Of a stretch of 64,000 bases of DNA, positions 10,636-22,600 are shown one piece after another (positions within the stretch are counted from its first letter, which is position 1; the number at the start of each line of letters is the position of its first letter). A program made the position numbers and the translations under genes. The notes under the pieces are model-generated. The model worked only from the letters and a program-made list of their open reading frames with translations. It was not told the origin of the DNA and searched no databases. Origin of the DNA: a virus; the IMG/VR virus record IMGVR_UViG_3300026484_000105, positions 32,001-96,000 of that record; one strand, given 5' to 3'.

Positions 10636-11610
10636 TTAACATACGCCAAGTAAAGTATTTAACTCTATCTCGTTTGATTCCACATTCACAATATAATGTA
10701 ATTGTCTGGGGTTAACATCTTTATTTTCCTCATAGAACTTAACTATAGCCTTATGTAAATCAGTTGTACCTTTTAGCTCATCTAAACTATTAGTATAATC
10801 ATTCTGCTCGCCAGTTAAAGGTAGTTGTTTATACTTCTTAATATATGCACAATCATCTACGTTATGTACTACATTTGTTTCTCCTCTACGTACAACCTTG
10901 TCCATTTTAACCTTGTATTTATGCCAATTAGGACCTTGAACCTTACCATGGATTAAAGCTTCTAATTCTAGATTATCTAATTTAAAAGGTTTCTTACTTT
11001 CAACAACAGCAACAACCAAGTCGTAATCTATGTTCTTATGTAACCTGACCAGAGATTGATCTGATAATTTAGAAGCTATTTCTTCACCATCGATATTTTC
11101 TAAAGGATAGCCATTAAAGTTGACACCTAAGTTTTCATGATGTATGATCATTCCTTTTGGTTTTACCACATTTTGCTCCTCATCTTTATCATCACTGTCT
11201 TTATTTCCATTTATAATAGTAAATTTCATACTGCCATTGGCAACACTCCATTCCTTATTGATAGGTCTGCAATCAGTACAACCTACATCAATAATTCTAT
11301 ATTGATTATATGATCCAAAGCCATAATAGTACTTATTACCATTCTCGTCTACAAGTACCACCCCTGTTTCTAATGCTTCTGCTAACTCGCCCGCATCCTT
11401 TAAAACTATCTTATCTTCAACCTCCATTTCCTTTACAGAATTGTAGATTTTACTGTCTTTAGGCAAATAGTCTAAGATAATATCTTTTTCCAAAGCTACT
11501 ATTTCAGGGTTTGTTCCCTTTACATATTCTTCAACTAGTTCAGAATCATGATACTCTGCATTATTATATCTTTCTAAGATATCAATTTTTAAATCTTCTT
11601 TAACGCTCAT
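10636..11610 (-). CDS. Hypothetical protein
   Basis: 324-aa acidic ORF with an AAGGA SD; no family recognised. Confidence 0.75.
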   Translation of the reverse strand: MSVKEDLKIDILERYNNAEYHDSELVEEYVKGTNPEIVALEKDIILDYLPKDSKIYNSVKEMEVEDKIVLKDAGELAEALETGVVLVDENGNKYYYGFGSYNQYRIIDVGCTDCRPINKEWSVANGSMKFTIINGNKDSDDKDEEQNVVKPKGMIIHHENLGVNFNGYPLENIDGEEIASKLSDQSLVRLHKNIDYDLVVAVVESKKPFKLDNLELEALIHGKVQGPNWHKYKVKMDKVVRRGETNVVHNVDDCAYIKKYKQLPLTGEQNDYTNSLDELKGTTDLHKAIVKFYEENKDVNPRQLHYIVNVESNEIELNTLLGVC

Positions 11611-11759
11611 TTTAATCCTTTATATGTATGATTGAGAATCCTCAGTAAGTTTAATTCTCTTGACTTTTTCTAATATATCTGGAATCAATATTTCATTAAC
11701 ATATTTCCATTTACAATCACCGTTAGAATAAACATCTATTGTTATATGTAACCTAGATA

Positions 11760-12248
11760 TTATTCTGTTCTCCAATTAGTTATGAAAGATGAAAACATTC
11801 CACCATTTGCTACAATGATACTCAGCATAAGTTTTATCTCAATGACAATCGTACCTCTTTCCAATATATCTCTTCTATAGCCAACCGAATAATCTGTTAC
11901 AATAGTATCCTGCATTAATGCTTGATTGTATATTGGAGCCTGTACGGACGCTGCATGTACGTACAATTCAAATGGTGTTGCTTTACATACATCTATTAAG
12001 AATCTTTCACCGCCATTACCATCTCCATCTTCCTTATACTCCTCCCTTAATTTATAGTTGTTGTCAAAGATTCTACTTAACTTATTATCAGAAGCAATAA
12101 AATCTCTAACTTCCTCCAGATCCATAAAATTAACTACAGTTTTGCCACAACAATTACATTCAATAAGTGATTCAGTACTAATAGGGTTATTGATACCCTC
12201 TTCATTTATATCATCACTACAACATACTGGGCATACTAAATATTTCAT
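11760..12248 (-). CDS. Hypothetical protein with N-terminal zinc ribbon
   Basis: CPVC...CNCC motif; AAGGA SD. Confidence 0.7.
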   Translation of the reverse strand: MKYLVCPVCCSDDINEEGINNPISTESLIECNCCGKTVVNFMDLEEVRDFIASDNKLSRIFDNNYKLREEYKEDGDGNGGERFLIDVCKATPFELYVHAASVQAPIYNQALMQDTIVTDYSVGYRRDILERGTIVIEIKLMLSIIVANGGMFSSFITNWRTE

Positions 12249-12314
12249 AACGCATCCTTTTTTACTAATGGTTTGACTACTGATTTATCTACTTCTTTAT
12301 AACTGTGTTAGACA

Positions 12315-12857
12315 TTACGAACTTAATGCATTATGGCTGTCATAAACTATATCTTTAAATTCTGGATCAGTTGCTATCTGTACATGTCGATCAGATTCAA
12401 TCTGACATGGTTCCAGTTCTATTTTAATGTTGTTATCAGAATTAAACTCAGTATCCACTTTAAGCAAGTCTAATTGCACTAGTAGTTCTCTAGTATCATT
12501 AACATAAGTTATACCATCTCCATGTATGAACATGCTTGTATTTTTAACATCATGACCAAGTACAAAGATCTTCTTCAGTTTACCTTGTCCTAATCTTGCA
12601 GTAGCATATCCTAATTCATAGAACATACCAACACCTCTATTGCCATTATAGAGCATAATGAATACGTCGCTATCATCAATAGCTTTAATGTCTTCCATAG
12701 CCTGCTTATTACAAATCTCAATATGTTCGCTAAATGGTTTACAGTCCAAATGTTTAGACCAGTCAATACTACATTTATGGCCCTTCTCTTCTAATGTTTC
12801 TTTCAAGATACGAAATGCTGATGTGTCTTGGGACTTAGCTGCTAAATAAAATTTCAT
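12315..12857 (-). CDS. Nucleoside 2-deoxyribosyltransferase-like protein
   Basis: MKFYLAA...DIKAIDDSDVFIML...GVGMFYELGYATA matches the NDT family signature, including the catalytic Glu. Confidence 0.8.
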   Translation of the reverse strand: MKFYLAAKSQDTSAFRILKETLEEKGHKCSIDWSKHLDCKPFSEHIEICNKQAMEDIKAIDDSDVFIMLYNGNRGVGMFYELGYATARLGQGKLKKIFVLGHDVKNTSMFIHGDGITYVNDTRELLVQLDLLKVDTEFNSDNNIKIELEPCQIESDRHVQIATDPEFKDIVYDSHNALSS

Positions 12858-12877
12858 CTTCTCTTCCTTAAGTGTTA

Positions 12878-12931
12878 TTTGATACTACCGTGTATCTATA
12901 TTAATAATATATAATTAAATAAAACTGGAAA
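12878..12931 (-). promoter_or_regulatory. Early-type promoter motif plus GATAC-N6-GTATC leader element (copy A)
   Basis: Minus strand TTCCAGTTTTATTTAATTATATATTATTAATATAGATACACGGTAGTATC; the motif recurs at other accessory module starts. Confidence 0.7.
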
Positions 12932-12951
12932 GTTAGTAAGGAAATTAATCC

Positions 12952-13118
12952 CTACCAACTTAATGTTTTAGCTACAATATCAATTACAGTATTAGATGCA
13001 GAATACGTTAGATTACCCTCAGGGGTTATATAAAAACTTCTTTTTCTAAAAGTTTCATGTAATTCATCTATGGCTTCTTTTGTATGTAATATTACATATG
13101 AGCATTTATCACCATCAA
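12952..13118 (-). CDS. vRNAP beta'-like subunit (phiKZ gp180-like), exon 2
   Basis: Begins TT GAT GGT GAT AAA. With exon 1 (GGC GCA GAT T) it gives GADFDGDK, the catalytic motif. Spliced product about 538 aa. Confidence 0.92.
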
Positions 13119-15117
13119 CGTTGCCTTCATCCGTATCGTTACTACGAACAGTTCTCTTATGAACTTCTCTAGCTCTCACTAGAAGACGAGACTATATCAT
13201 GCTCTTCTGACACTATATCAGTAAGAGCCAAACCACTTCGATTTAAGCACTAGGTACGTGCACCCACTTGGGCCCTACTCCCCGCTACAGGATAGTCGTT
13301 GAACTTTACCCATATTATTTTTTAATAACTTAGGGTCTTAGCTGCTAAAGGGAACCTTAGGTTCCACGGTTACCTATTATACTATTATAGTGCTGATATT
13401 CATAAACATTTAGTTAGTTACTCTAAACTAAAATATCGAGGCTATATTAATATTAATCACTTAAGATCATCCATACAAGATACAATACTGTATCCCAGTA
13501 GCTTTGCAACTACTCTTGTTAAACCATCATAGACTAGTTTCCTGCCTATTGTGGTGGTATAGCTTTAAGGCTTTCCAGCAATTCAATTTGTTATTCGACA
13601 TGCTTCTCAACATGAAGGATCAATTTGTTCTTTAACTTAAATTTAACAACATCTTTTGGACTCGTGTCCATGGGCAACTTCTCACCCTTACATAAATCAA
13701 GTATATTCCGATAATACTTGTTATTAACAACATACATTTTCTCTTTACACAGCATATAAGTTAGATATTCTTCTATGTTCTTTAGCTTAGTAAACGGTAT
13801 CCTTATAAGAGGGATCTTATTCATTTTAGCTAAATGGTTCTTTTCGGCATCAGACTTCTTCTGTATTTTGAATGCTTTCTCGCCACCAAAGAACTTTACA
13901 GGTTTGAAATGTTGTATACCATCAAATTCTATTAGAATATTTAATTCTGGTAGATAGAAGTCATACATGTATCTATTTTCATTAAGCCGATAATTCTTGA
14001 TGTAATCAATCTTATTAAGTTCCAAAAATATACGTATACGTTGCTCACCTTTAGATTCGCTACATAACGGACACCCAGCTTGTTTATGTATATGGTCATC
14101 AGGCGTAATTCTAAATTCACCATGTTTTTTACAAATTAATGTAACCTTAGTTTTCTTATTTGTATAATTAACCATACTATAATCATATCTAGAACCGTGT
14201 AAATTTATAGCCTTCTCTATCCATTCTTTAGTAGTGTAGTTATAATTATTAGTACATTTAACACACTTAGCCCCATTATAATGGTTCCATGGAATTTGTT
14301 CGAAATCACCATGTACCCTACATCTTATAGTAACCTTATTTTTTGAATTTATATATTTAGTTTTACTATAATCATATAGATCACCATGAACCTTTCTCGA
14401 ACGTTCTATAAATTCTTCTGTAGTTAATGTATCCTGTTCTACCCTACTTACGATACCGCATTGTTTACAGCCACTACCAGATATATGATGAAATCTGTTT
14501 TGTGTAAACTCACCATGTATCGGACAGATGATTTTTATACTACCATCCTTAACGCTATAGCTTTCTGGTATATATAAATACTTACCATTATGCACTTTAT
14601 TAGCTTTATCAATGAACTTCTTGGCCTTAGATAGAATCTTATTAATAGGAGTTATATAAGCGCATTTGGGACATCCCTGTCCTTTTATATGTTTAGTTGG
14701 TTTTTGCTTAAACGGACCGTGTTCTTTACACTGTATAGTTACTGCAGTCCTTGCATCTATGAATTCAACTAATGTATAATTGTACCTATTACCGTGTGCT
14801 TCATGGGCCTTTAATAAGAAGGTTTCTTTTGTCATTCTTAATTTATCTTTAGCACATTCTCTACACCCTTGTTTATTCCGTATATGTGAAAATGGTCTTT
14901 GTTTAAAATCACCATGTATCGGACATGTGATTATTAGTGGTACGTCAGATAGTATGTACTCTGTTTTGTCGTACCTGTATTTGTTGTTATGTACTTCTTT
15001 GGCTTTCTTTATAAAAGCTTCTGTTTTTGTTGTTTTCATTTTTTTCCTATTAGTTTATGTATGTAAATAATATGCGTTTATTATCTATTTCACTCTAATA
15101 GTACCCGTAAAAAAATC
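13119..15117 (-). mobile_element. Group I intron (1999 nt) with homing endonuclease, inserted in the DFDGD motif
   Basis: U|...G| boundaries. Candidate P1 GAUU|GAUUU pairs with AAAUUGAUC (13618-13626). P2 has a GAGA loop. Core elements: P AAUUGCUGGAAA (~13572-13583), R UUCAACGACUA (~13293-13303), S AUGAUAUAGUC (~13190-13200). P9, P9.1 and P9.2 hairpins follow. Confidence 0.93.
13591..15039 (-). CDS. Intron-encoded homing endonuclease: five Cys/His zinc repeats plus a Vsr-like (EDxHD/PD-(D/E)xK-type) nuclease domain
   Basis: Five repeats of the form YDYSK.x.CxxHGxF.x.HxxGxGCxxC. C-terminal SKGE...YDFYLP...IEFDGIQHF. Confidence 0.85.
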   Translation of the reverse strand: MKTTKTEAFIKKAKEVHNNKYRYDKTEYILSDVPLIITCPIHGDFKQRPFSHIRNKQGCRECAKDKLRMTKETFLLKAHEAHGNRYNYTLVEFIDARTAVTIQCKEHGPFKQKPTKHIKGQGCPKCAYITPINKILSKAKKFIDKANKVHNGKYLYIPESYSVKDGSIKIICPIHGEFTQNRFHHISGSGCKQCGIVSRVEQDTLTTEEFIERSRKVHGDLYDYSKTKYINSKNKVTIRCRVHGDFEQIPWNHYNGAKCVKCTNNYNYTTKEWIEKAINLHGSRYDYSMVNYTNKKTKVTLICKKHGEFRITPDDHIHKQAGCPLCSESKGEQRIRIFLELNKIDYIKNYRLNENRYMYDFYLPELNILIEFDGIQHFKPVKFFGGEKAFKIQKKSDAEKNHLAKMNKIPLIRIPFTKLKNIEEYLTYMLCKEKMYVVNNKYYRNILDLCKGEKLPMDTSPKDVVKFKLKNKLILHVEKHVE

Positions 15118-16567
15118 AATCTGCGCCTAATAAATTTAGGTGGGTGAAGTGGGGTGATAACGAGTTCTGGTATGCCTCTGTTAATATCGGATATTCATAA
15201 ACCGTATCAGCCTCTTTCCAATCTACTCCTAAAATGCTAACTTTTCTAGCCTTAACTGTTGTTTTTAGATAAGGTATACTTGGATATATTCCACCTAGAC
15301 CAGTAACAGGGTATCTAGTAAGAAAGCCAGGATATTTATCAACATCTTCATATACAGCTAAGTATATAAGTTCTGCATATGTTATCGGTCTTAAATATTT
15401 GGTATTTATATCATCAGGTATTTCATTAGTATTCTTAATAAACTTAACCTCTTTACCATTATCATATATTAAGGCTAGATAATAATCCTCAACAGTTATA
15501 GGTTCAGATCTTAATTCATCTTGAGCTAATTTATTTATAACTCCATTAAGTCCTTCATCAGATGTCCACATGTCTTTTGTTTTTGGTTTTATATCTACAT
15601 TTACTGTTCTCATAGATTTTTTATCTACAAGCATAGCTGTATTACTATGTAAATCAAATATGTTATTTAACATAAGATTATTTAACTGGTACTTAGTAAT
15701 GGGATTGATAGCTTTAGCATATTGATATAAACCTATAACAGTATTATTAAAACTAATTCTATTTTTAGTATTAGTTAAATCATGTATTACTGATGGTACT
15801 GGTGTGATGACATTTCTGGTAGAATCTCTAAGAGCTCTCTTAGTCCACTTATTTTGTATAAATTTCTTCTTACCATCCATTAAAGAAATATAATGATCGT
15901 ATATCTCAACTATGATAGTTTGTATCTTAAATCTTATTGGATCTAATACCATAGGATCGTTATGTAGAGTAGAGATGTTTTCTAATGCATTTGTTGTGGT
16001 TAGTAGCCTCCTATAAACAGCATTTATTTCATCTTCACTTGGCTTACCATTATCATCAACAATATAATCCCTTAGTCCAGCAGGTATGACTAAAAAGTGA
16101 TCTATGAGTATTTCACCCTTACTATATTTTTTAATAAGCTTTATTTTAAATTCCCTGGCATCACTACCATTACTATTTAATTTAATTTTATCATACTTTT
16201 TCATAAAGAATTCGAAACCAGTATCTCCTTCTTCTGCATTAGAGGAAATGAAATCTCCACCTTTTTCATCCCATTTTGCATAAGTCTTACCAGATAGTAT
16301 ATCTAAATATAACTTTTTTAAACTTGAGATATGTTTAAAGACAAGTGGGTGTAGAACCTTTATATGTAATTTTATATAACCGAATTTATTATTCCGTTCT
16401 TCACTTCCGACCCGACCGAAAGTCTCAGTAGAGAATAAACCATTAGTACTGAAGTTTTTAGTAGATGGTTCAAATATACTTAGGTCACTTACTTCCCTCA
16501 TTACACCTATCTGTTTTCTATTTAATAATAGTAAATCTATATTAAAAGGTGGTAAATTTGACAGCAT
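15118..16567 (-). CDS. vRNAP beta'-like subunit (phiKZ gp180-like), exon 1
   Basis: GLFSTETFGRVG, LVIPAGLRD, STRNVIT, TRYPV; ends at LGAD just before the intron. Confidence 0.93.
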
Positions 16568-16636
16568 TGCTTTTCCTTTGATAATAATTTTGAATATTCA
16601 ATTAAACGATACTTGTATAATAAATAAGGAGTTAAA

Positions 16637-19600
16637 ATGGCTGCAGTTGATGATATAGATTTAGACGATATGGACTTTGAAGATGACGATATGGATTTCG
16701 GCTTCGATGATCCATTTTCAGAACCACCACCTCCCAAGGATACGAGGGAAGCAGTAAGTAGAACTATAAATAAAGTAGGAAGTAGTTTTATGGATGACTT
16801 TACTGACGATAAGGCTGAAACAGCTGCTGCATTCGTTAAAGAAAGTATTCCAAGTAAGATAAGTGTAGAAGCAAATAATATAATTAATGTTGGAGAATCA
16901 TTTAAGAAAGATATCTTAAAGTCTAGTTCGGAAGTAGCAGAGGCTACTAAACCAATGTTAAAAGCTATTGAAGGGTTGGTTCCTAAGGGTGGTAAGATAG
17001 AAACCCTAGTTAATCTAGCTAAAGAAAAACTAGGTATGAACGATGAGCATCGTACTAGTGAAGATGTTGCTGCTGATGCTGCTGCGATGGCTACTAGTTC
17101 AGTAGTTAACGTTTTAGGAGAGATGCAAGATAGAGATACTATAAGAGAAACTATAACAGCATCTATAGCCGACAAGAAGACACAATCTCAATTAGATCTA
17201 AGTGCTATTCAGGCAGGACACCTAGAAGCGATAAGTAATTTTAATATAGATGTAACTAATAGTTTTTACAGGAAATCATTAGAATTACAATATAGACATT
17301 TATTTACAACAACAGAACAACTAGATGTTACTAAACAGGGTTTCGAAACCTTTAAAAATCAATTAGAATCAATCGTTGCTAACAGCGCATTACCAGATTT
17401 AGTTAAAACAAGAAATTCAGAATTTATGAAACACCGCTTATTAGAAAGAGCTGGTGAGAGTTTATTTGCCAGAACAGGTGTCTTTGATAATATAAAGAAA
17501 AGACTATCCAATGAAGTACAGGGTGTAACATCCGTATTAACTAGCGGTATTACTAGTCTTGGTGATGCTGCTGACATGGTTAAAAGTACTAGTGAGATGT
17601 CTGCTATGGCTGGCGGTACTGAAGGGATGGTCGGAGGATTACTTGCTGGTGGAGTAAGAGGACTAGTAGGTACTAAAGTAGGTGACATATTAGGTAAGAC
17701 TAAGGTTGGTAAAAAAGGTATAGAACTAGTAAGAAATTTTAATCTAGATCCTTCCGAAGCACTTAAAGATATGGCTGATAATAGACCAGATGGTGTATTT
17801 AAAAACATATTAGAAACTCTTGGTGATTTTACTGAAAATAAAGATGCTGAAGCATCATATTCCATTAATAAAGTAGATCGAGATAATGTCTCAGTATTTG
17901 ATGGTAGAGCACATACTTCTTTAACTAAGATCATACCTGGACTTTTATCTAAAATCCTAAAAGAAGTTAGTAGTTCAAGAACTGGTAAAGAAGAAGATGA
18001 GTTACGATATGATTATGATACTGGTACTTTTAAAACTACTAGCAGCTTAAAAAATGAAATAACTGAGAAGATTCAAAATGACCTTGTCAGTAGTGGCGTT
18101 AACAGAAACGTTGAAGGTATCATTACAACTATCGTTGAAGAAACTAATCTTAACGTAGACGATGATGAGATAGCTGAAATAAAACAAGCACTCCTAAGTT
18201 ATGTTATTAAAGGTAAAAGACTACTAGTTAACAAACTTGAAGAAGATGGTCTCTACGACGAATTAGATCCTAAGTTATCTAAAAAATTTAAAAAAGCTAT
18301 AACTGATTTTACAGAAACTAAAGATGATGATCTAAATTATAAAAGAGTTAGGCACCTAAATAATGAATTAGGATATATAAAGGATAGAGCTCCGTCACCT
18401 CAAGAACTACTTAATAAGTATTCTGATGCAGGTAGTATTGATCTTCTAAAAGATGCAGGTATAGTAGAACTTGATAGTGTTACAGGTGAATACAAATTAG
18501 ATAACGCTAGTTATAAGACACATATGACTACTGCTATTAAAACAGCTAAAGATAAAGATCAAGAAGAGGAAGAAGAACCTAAGACGATAGCTGAGAAATT
18601 AGCTGAAAAATATATCAAAAAGAAAAAGAAAGATGTAGATTCTATAACTCAAGAAGAGGAAGAAGAAGCTCCTATAAATAAAGGTTTTATAAATAGAGCT
18701 AAAGGTAAAGTCTCTTCATTTGGTGGTACGATAGAACAGGACATCATCAATACTATAGATGGTAAGCACGATATAGGTGGTAAAGCTAAGCGGTTTGCTA
18801 AAGAGGCTAACAAATATGTTACAGGTAAAGAGGATCTATCTGGTTACAAATTTAGCACTGAATCTAATCTAAAAAACAATTTAGCACCACAGACTAAACG
18901 CCGATCATTATTGGGTGATTTCAAAACAGTTAAAACAGAATTATCTGAAATACATTCTGTAGATGACGCTTTAAATAAAGCCAGAAATATAGATAATTTC
19001 AAAGATACTGAAAGTAAAATAAAAGCTATAAATGATTTAGTGTCTTCTAGTAAAGATCCAAAGGACTTTATAGAAAAAATAAAAGAAACTGATGATTATA
19101 AAAAATTATCTACAGATATAAAAAATCATATAGATAAACTAGAAAGTAAAGTGCCTACCGTAAAAACAGAAGCAAAGAAATTTGTAGAAGATAGGGTAAG
19201 CGATTTAAAGGATAATTCGCATTATAAAAATATAGTAGAATCTGATATAGTAAAAGATTCTAAAGCTAAAGCTAAAACCTTAGTAAAAACAGTAAAAGAT
19301 AGTAAGATAGTTTCCGATATAAAAGATTCTGAACTTGCTAATAAAGTCACAACTGATATTACTCTATTAAAAGATAGAGTATCCAAACTTACGGAACTAA
19401 CTGATCTTAATAACATAGTTACAGAATTATGGACTAAGGCATCTGAACATTATGATTATCTGGAAACTTTGGAAGATACAAAAAGTAATAGGGCTAAGAA
19501 AAAGGAACTCTATAGATATATAAGATTTTTAGAGAATATAAGATTAGATAAGCTTGATCCTAAAGATGCTAAGTTAAAGGTATCTAAAGCTACTGTTAAA

Positions 19601-22600
19601 TTAGGTAAAATACTTCTAACCAAAACAGCAGAAACATTTACAGAAACATCTAAAGATAAAGTAAGTAAAATTATAACTTCTAGTAAAGACAAGATAGAAG
19701 AAATAAAAGATATAGATGTTAGTAAGGTAAAAGACATTAAGGTATCTGATGCTACGCAGTATGCTATGGATACTGTAGTGACTGCTAAGGTAAAAAGTAA
19801 GCAGTTAAAAGATGACTTTAAGAAAACTGAACTATATAAATCAGCAGAAGATAAATATAAAACAGTAGAAAGTTCCATTAGTAGTAAAATAGATAAGACT
19901 ATAACCGTTACTAAAAAAGCAGAAATATTATCAGAAGTGGATAATGTACTACTTGATAATATAATAAAAGTACAGAAGTCTAATGTAGATGAGGTACTTA
20001 AAAAAGAGAGAATAAGCAAACTAAACGAGTCTAGACAAAAAATAAAAGCAGCTGATGTAAGTAAACTAAGACCAAAAGATTTAACTAGACTAGTTAGTGA
20101 TAGTCTAAGTCCTTTAAAAGACATAATTACAGCAGATATAAAAACAAAAGCTTTGGATGCAAAAGATAATATATCAAGCAAAAAAGACGAGTTTATAAGT
20201 AAAGTACAGGATAAGGTACCTGCATTAAAAACTACTGGTAACTTTTCAGAACAATTAACTACAGCTAAAACATATACTTTAGATAAAGTAGATACCGTAA
20301 AAGATACTACAACTAATATATTGCCTGCAATACCCAATCCTAATTCATTTAGTATAAATGATATTAAGTTAAAAATAGTAGGCTTCTTAGATAAATCTTT
20401 TAAAGAGTTGGAGAAAGTAGAAGACTATTTAAATAAGAATCCAGATGAGGCTAAAGATAATTCTGACAAAGTAAATAAGATTAGAAAGAATTTAGCTACA
20501 TTAAGAAATACAAATCCAGAAGATAAAGAAACTGTATCTACTCTTACAAAAACAATTAAAGAGGATATAGAATCACTAGTAGATAAGATTCTACCATCTG
20601 AAAAACTTAGTAAGACATATAGTGCTGAAGATATAGAAAAAGAAAGAGCTAAAGATAGAGCTAAAGAGAAAGAAAGTACCGAGAACAGTCTTTTAGATAT
20701 AATTAATTCTGATGATCCGTTAGGTACTCTTAAGAATAAGCTTAAAAGGGCTGCAACCAGTAGGATAAAATCCACTGCTACAGGTGCAGTTAAAGCAGCA
20801 TTTAATTTTATTAAGAGAGATGCTGAAAGAGGTAAAAGACTAAGAAGTTATCTTAAAAAGAAATTATTCAATAAGAAGAAAACAGGTCCAGGGATACTCC
20901 ATAGATCCTTAAATAAAGTACTCAATGCGACAGGCAAGGTAATCACAACTGTAGGTACCACTGGAGCAAATGTCGTAAAAGCGGATATCGATAATGGTGA
21001 GAAACTAAGGGATAAATTAAAGAATCTATTTAATAAAAAGAGGAATACAGAAACTATAAAGGAAGATGTTCCTGCAAATAGAATAGATTATAAAGAAGAA
21101 AAGAAAAATGGTCCTGGTATAGTTGGGTCAGCAAATAAAGTAAATTCTGCTTTTGATAGGGACGGGTCTGGTCATAGAGATGGGTCATGGTTGGACAGAC
21201 TTAAGAAAAAGAAAGATGTGCTTAAAAATAAGAATAAAACATTTTTAGCTAAAGCAAAAGATAGTAGTTTTAGTTGGTTGCCTATATTATTAGGAGCTTT
21301 TAGTTTTATTAAGCCGTTATTGAGTAAGTTGGTATCTGGAATAAAGAATCTTGGTAGTTTTATTGTTAAGGGTATTGGTAAGGCATTTAAGTCAGTTGGT
21401 AGTTTTCTATTAAATGGTATAAAAGGTATATTCGGTAGTCTTGGTAAAATGTTGGCTGGTCCATTGAATGCAGTAAAAGATGTAGCCTCTAAGGGTCTAG
21501 ATAAAACTAAAGAATTAGCCAGTAAAGCAGCCGACAAAGTTAAGGGTATAGGTGCTGCTGTATATAATAAAGCTAAAACCTTCGGAAGTAAAGTAATTAA
21601 TGGTATGAAGAATACCAAGGGTGGTAAACTTATTGCTAATGGTATTAAAACTACCAAAGATGCTATAACAAGTGTTGGCAGTAAAGCTATAAGTACTTTG
21701 GAAAATAGTAGAGTTGGAAAAGCTACTACTAAACTTGTTGGTAAAGCAGTAGAAAAGGTTCCCACTAAAAGCATCCTTAATTTATTGAAATCGTTTAAGT
21801 CTACAATATTTAAAAAGCTAGGTAAACGAGCAGGTAGTAAAGTTGCTGCTAAATTGGCTGCGAAAACTGCGGCTAGAGTCATTCCTTTTGCAGGTACTGC
21901 ATTGTTGGCATATGATGCGGCTAAGATAGGTTATGATATGTTCCATAATGGTACTAGTCTTAAGAGTGCTATTTCTAAACAGATACTTGGTTTTGATTTA
22001 TTTGGAGATGAGGCAGCTAAAGATGAAGATGGCAATCTTATTAAACCAGATGAAAAGGGTGTGACGAAGTCTAGTACTGGCGATCACATTGATACAGAAA
22101 GAAAAGAGAGCAATAAGGAAACAGCTAAGGTTAAAGATGGGGATTCCATTAAACCAAATGAAAAGAGGGTAAAGAGATCCATTGTAAAAAGACCTCCTGT
22201 AAAGAGATCCAGTACCGATGACTACATTGATGCTGAAAGAAGAGAGGACGATAAGGAAGCTGCTAGAATTGAAAGGGAATTAGTGAATAAGAAATTTACT
22301 GTAAAATCTAGAGATGTTATTGTAGATAAGTATGGTTCTACTATAAGAACGAGATCCAAAAAAGAGTTAATCGCAAATCCAGATGTCGATTCTAAAGGGG
22401 CAAATGGCATTAATAAAGTAGGTGGATCACCTGTTAAGATGGGAGGAATTAAAAACAAAGTTCTACCAATGACCCCTATTAATAATGAAAAATTCAAACC
22501 TGTTTCAAAATACGATATTCTTAATTCGTTAGCTATTATACAAAAACAAATAGAAGTAGATAGGGGAAAACTCAAAAAGAGAGTAAACACAAATGGCAAG

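Noticed and set aside
12952-13179. 75-aa ORF (MRAREV...) as an independent gene
   Set aside because: Its first ~20 codons are intron P9 sequence; the rest is exon 2 of beta'.
15116-15118. TGA read-through or stop-codon reassignment at GAD*
   Set aside because: Splicing explains the stop, and other genes are intact under the standard code with TAA and TAG stops.
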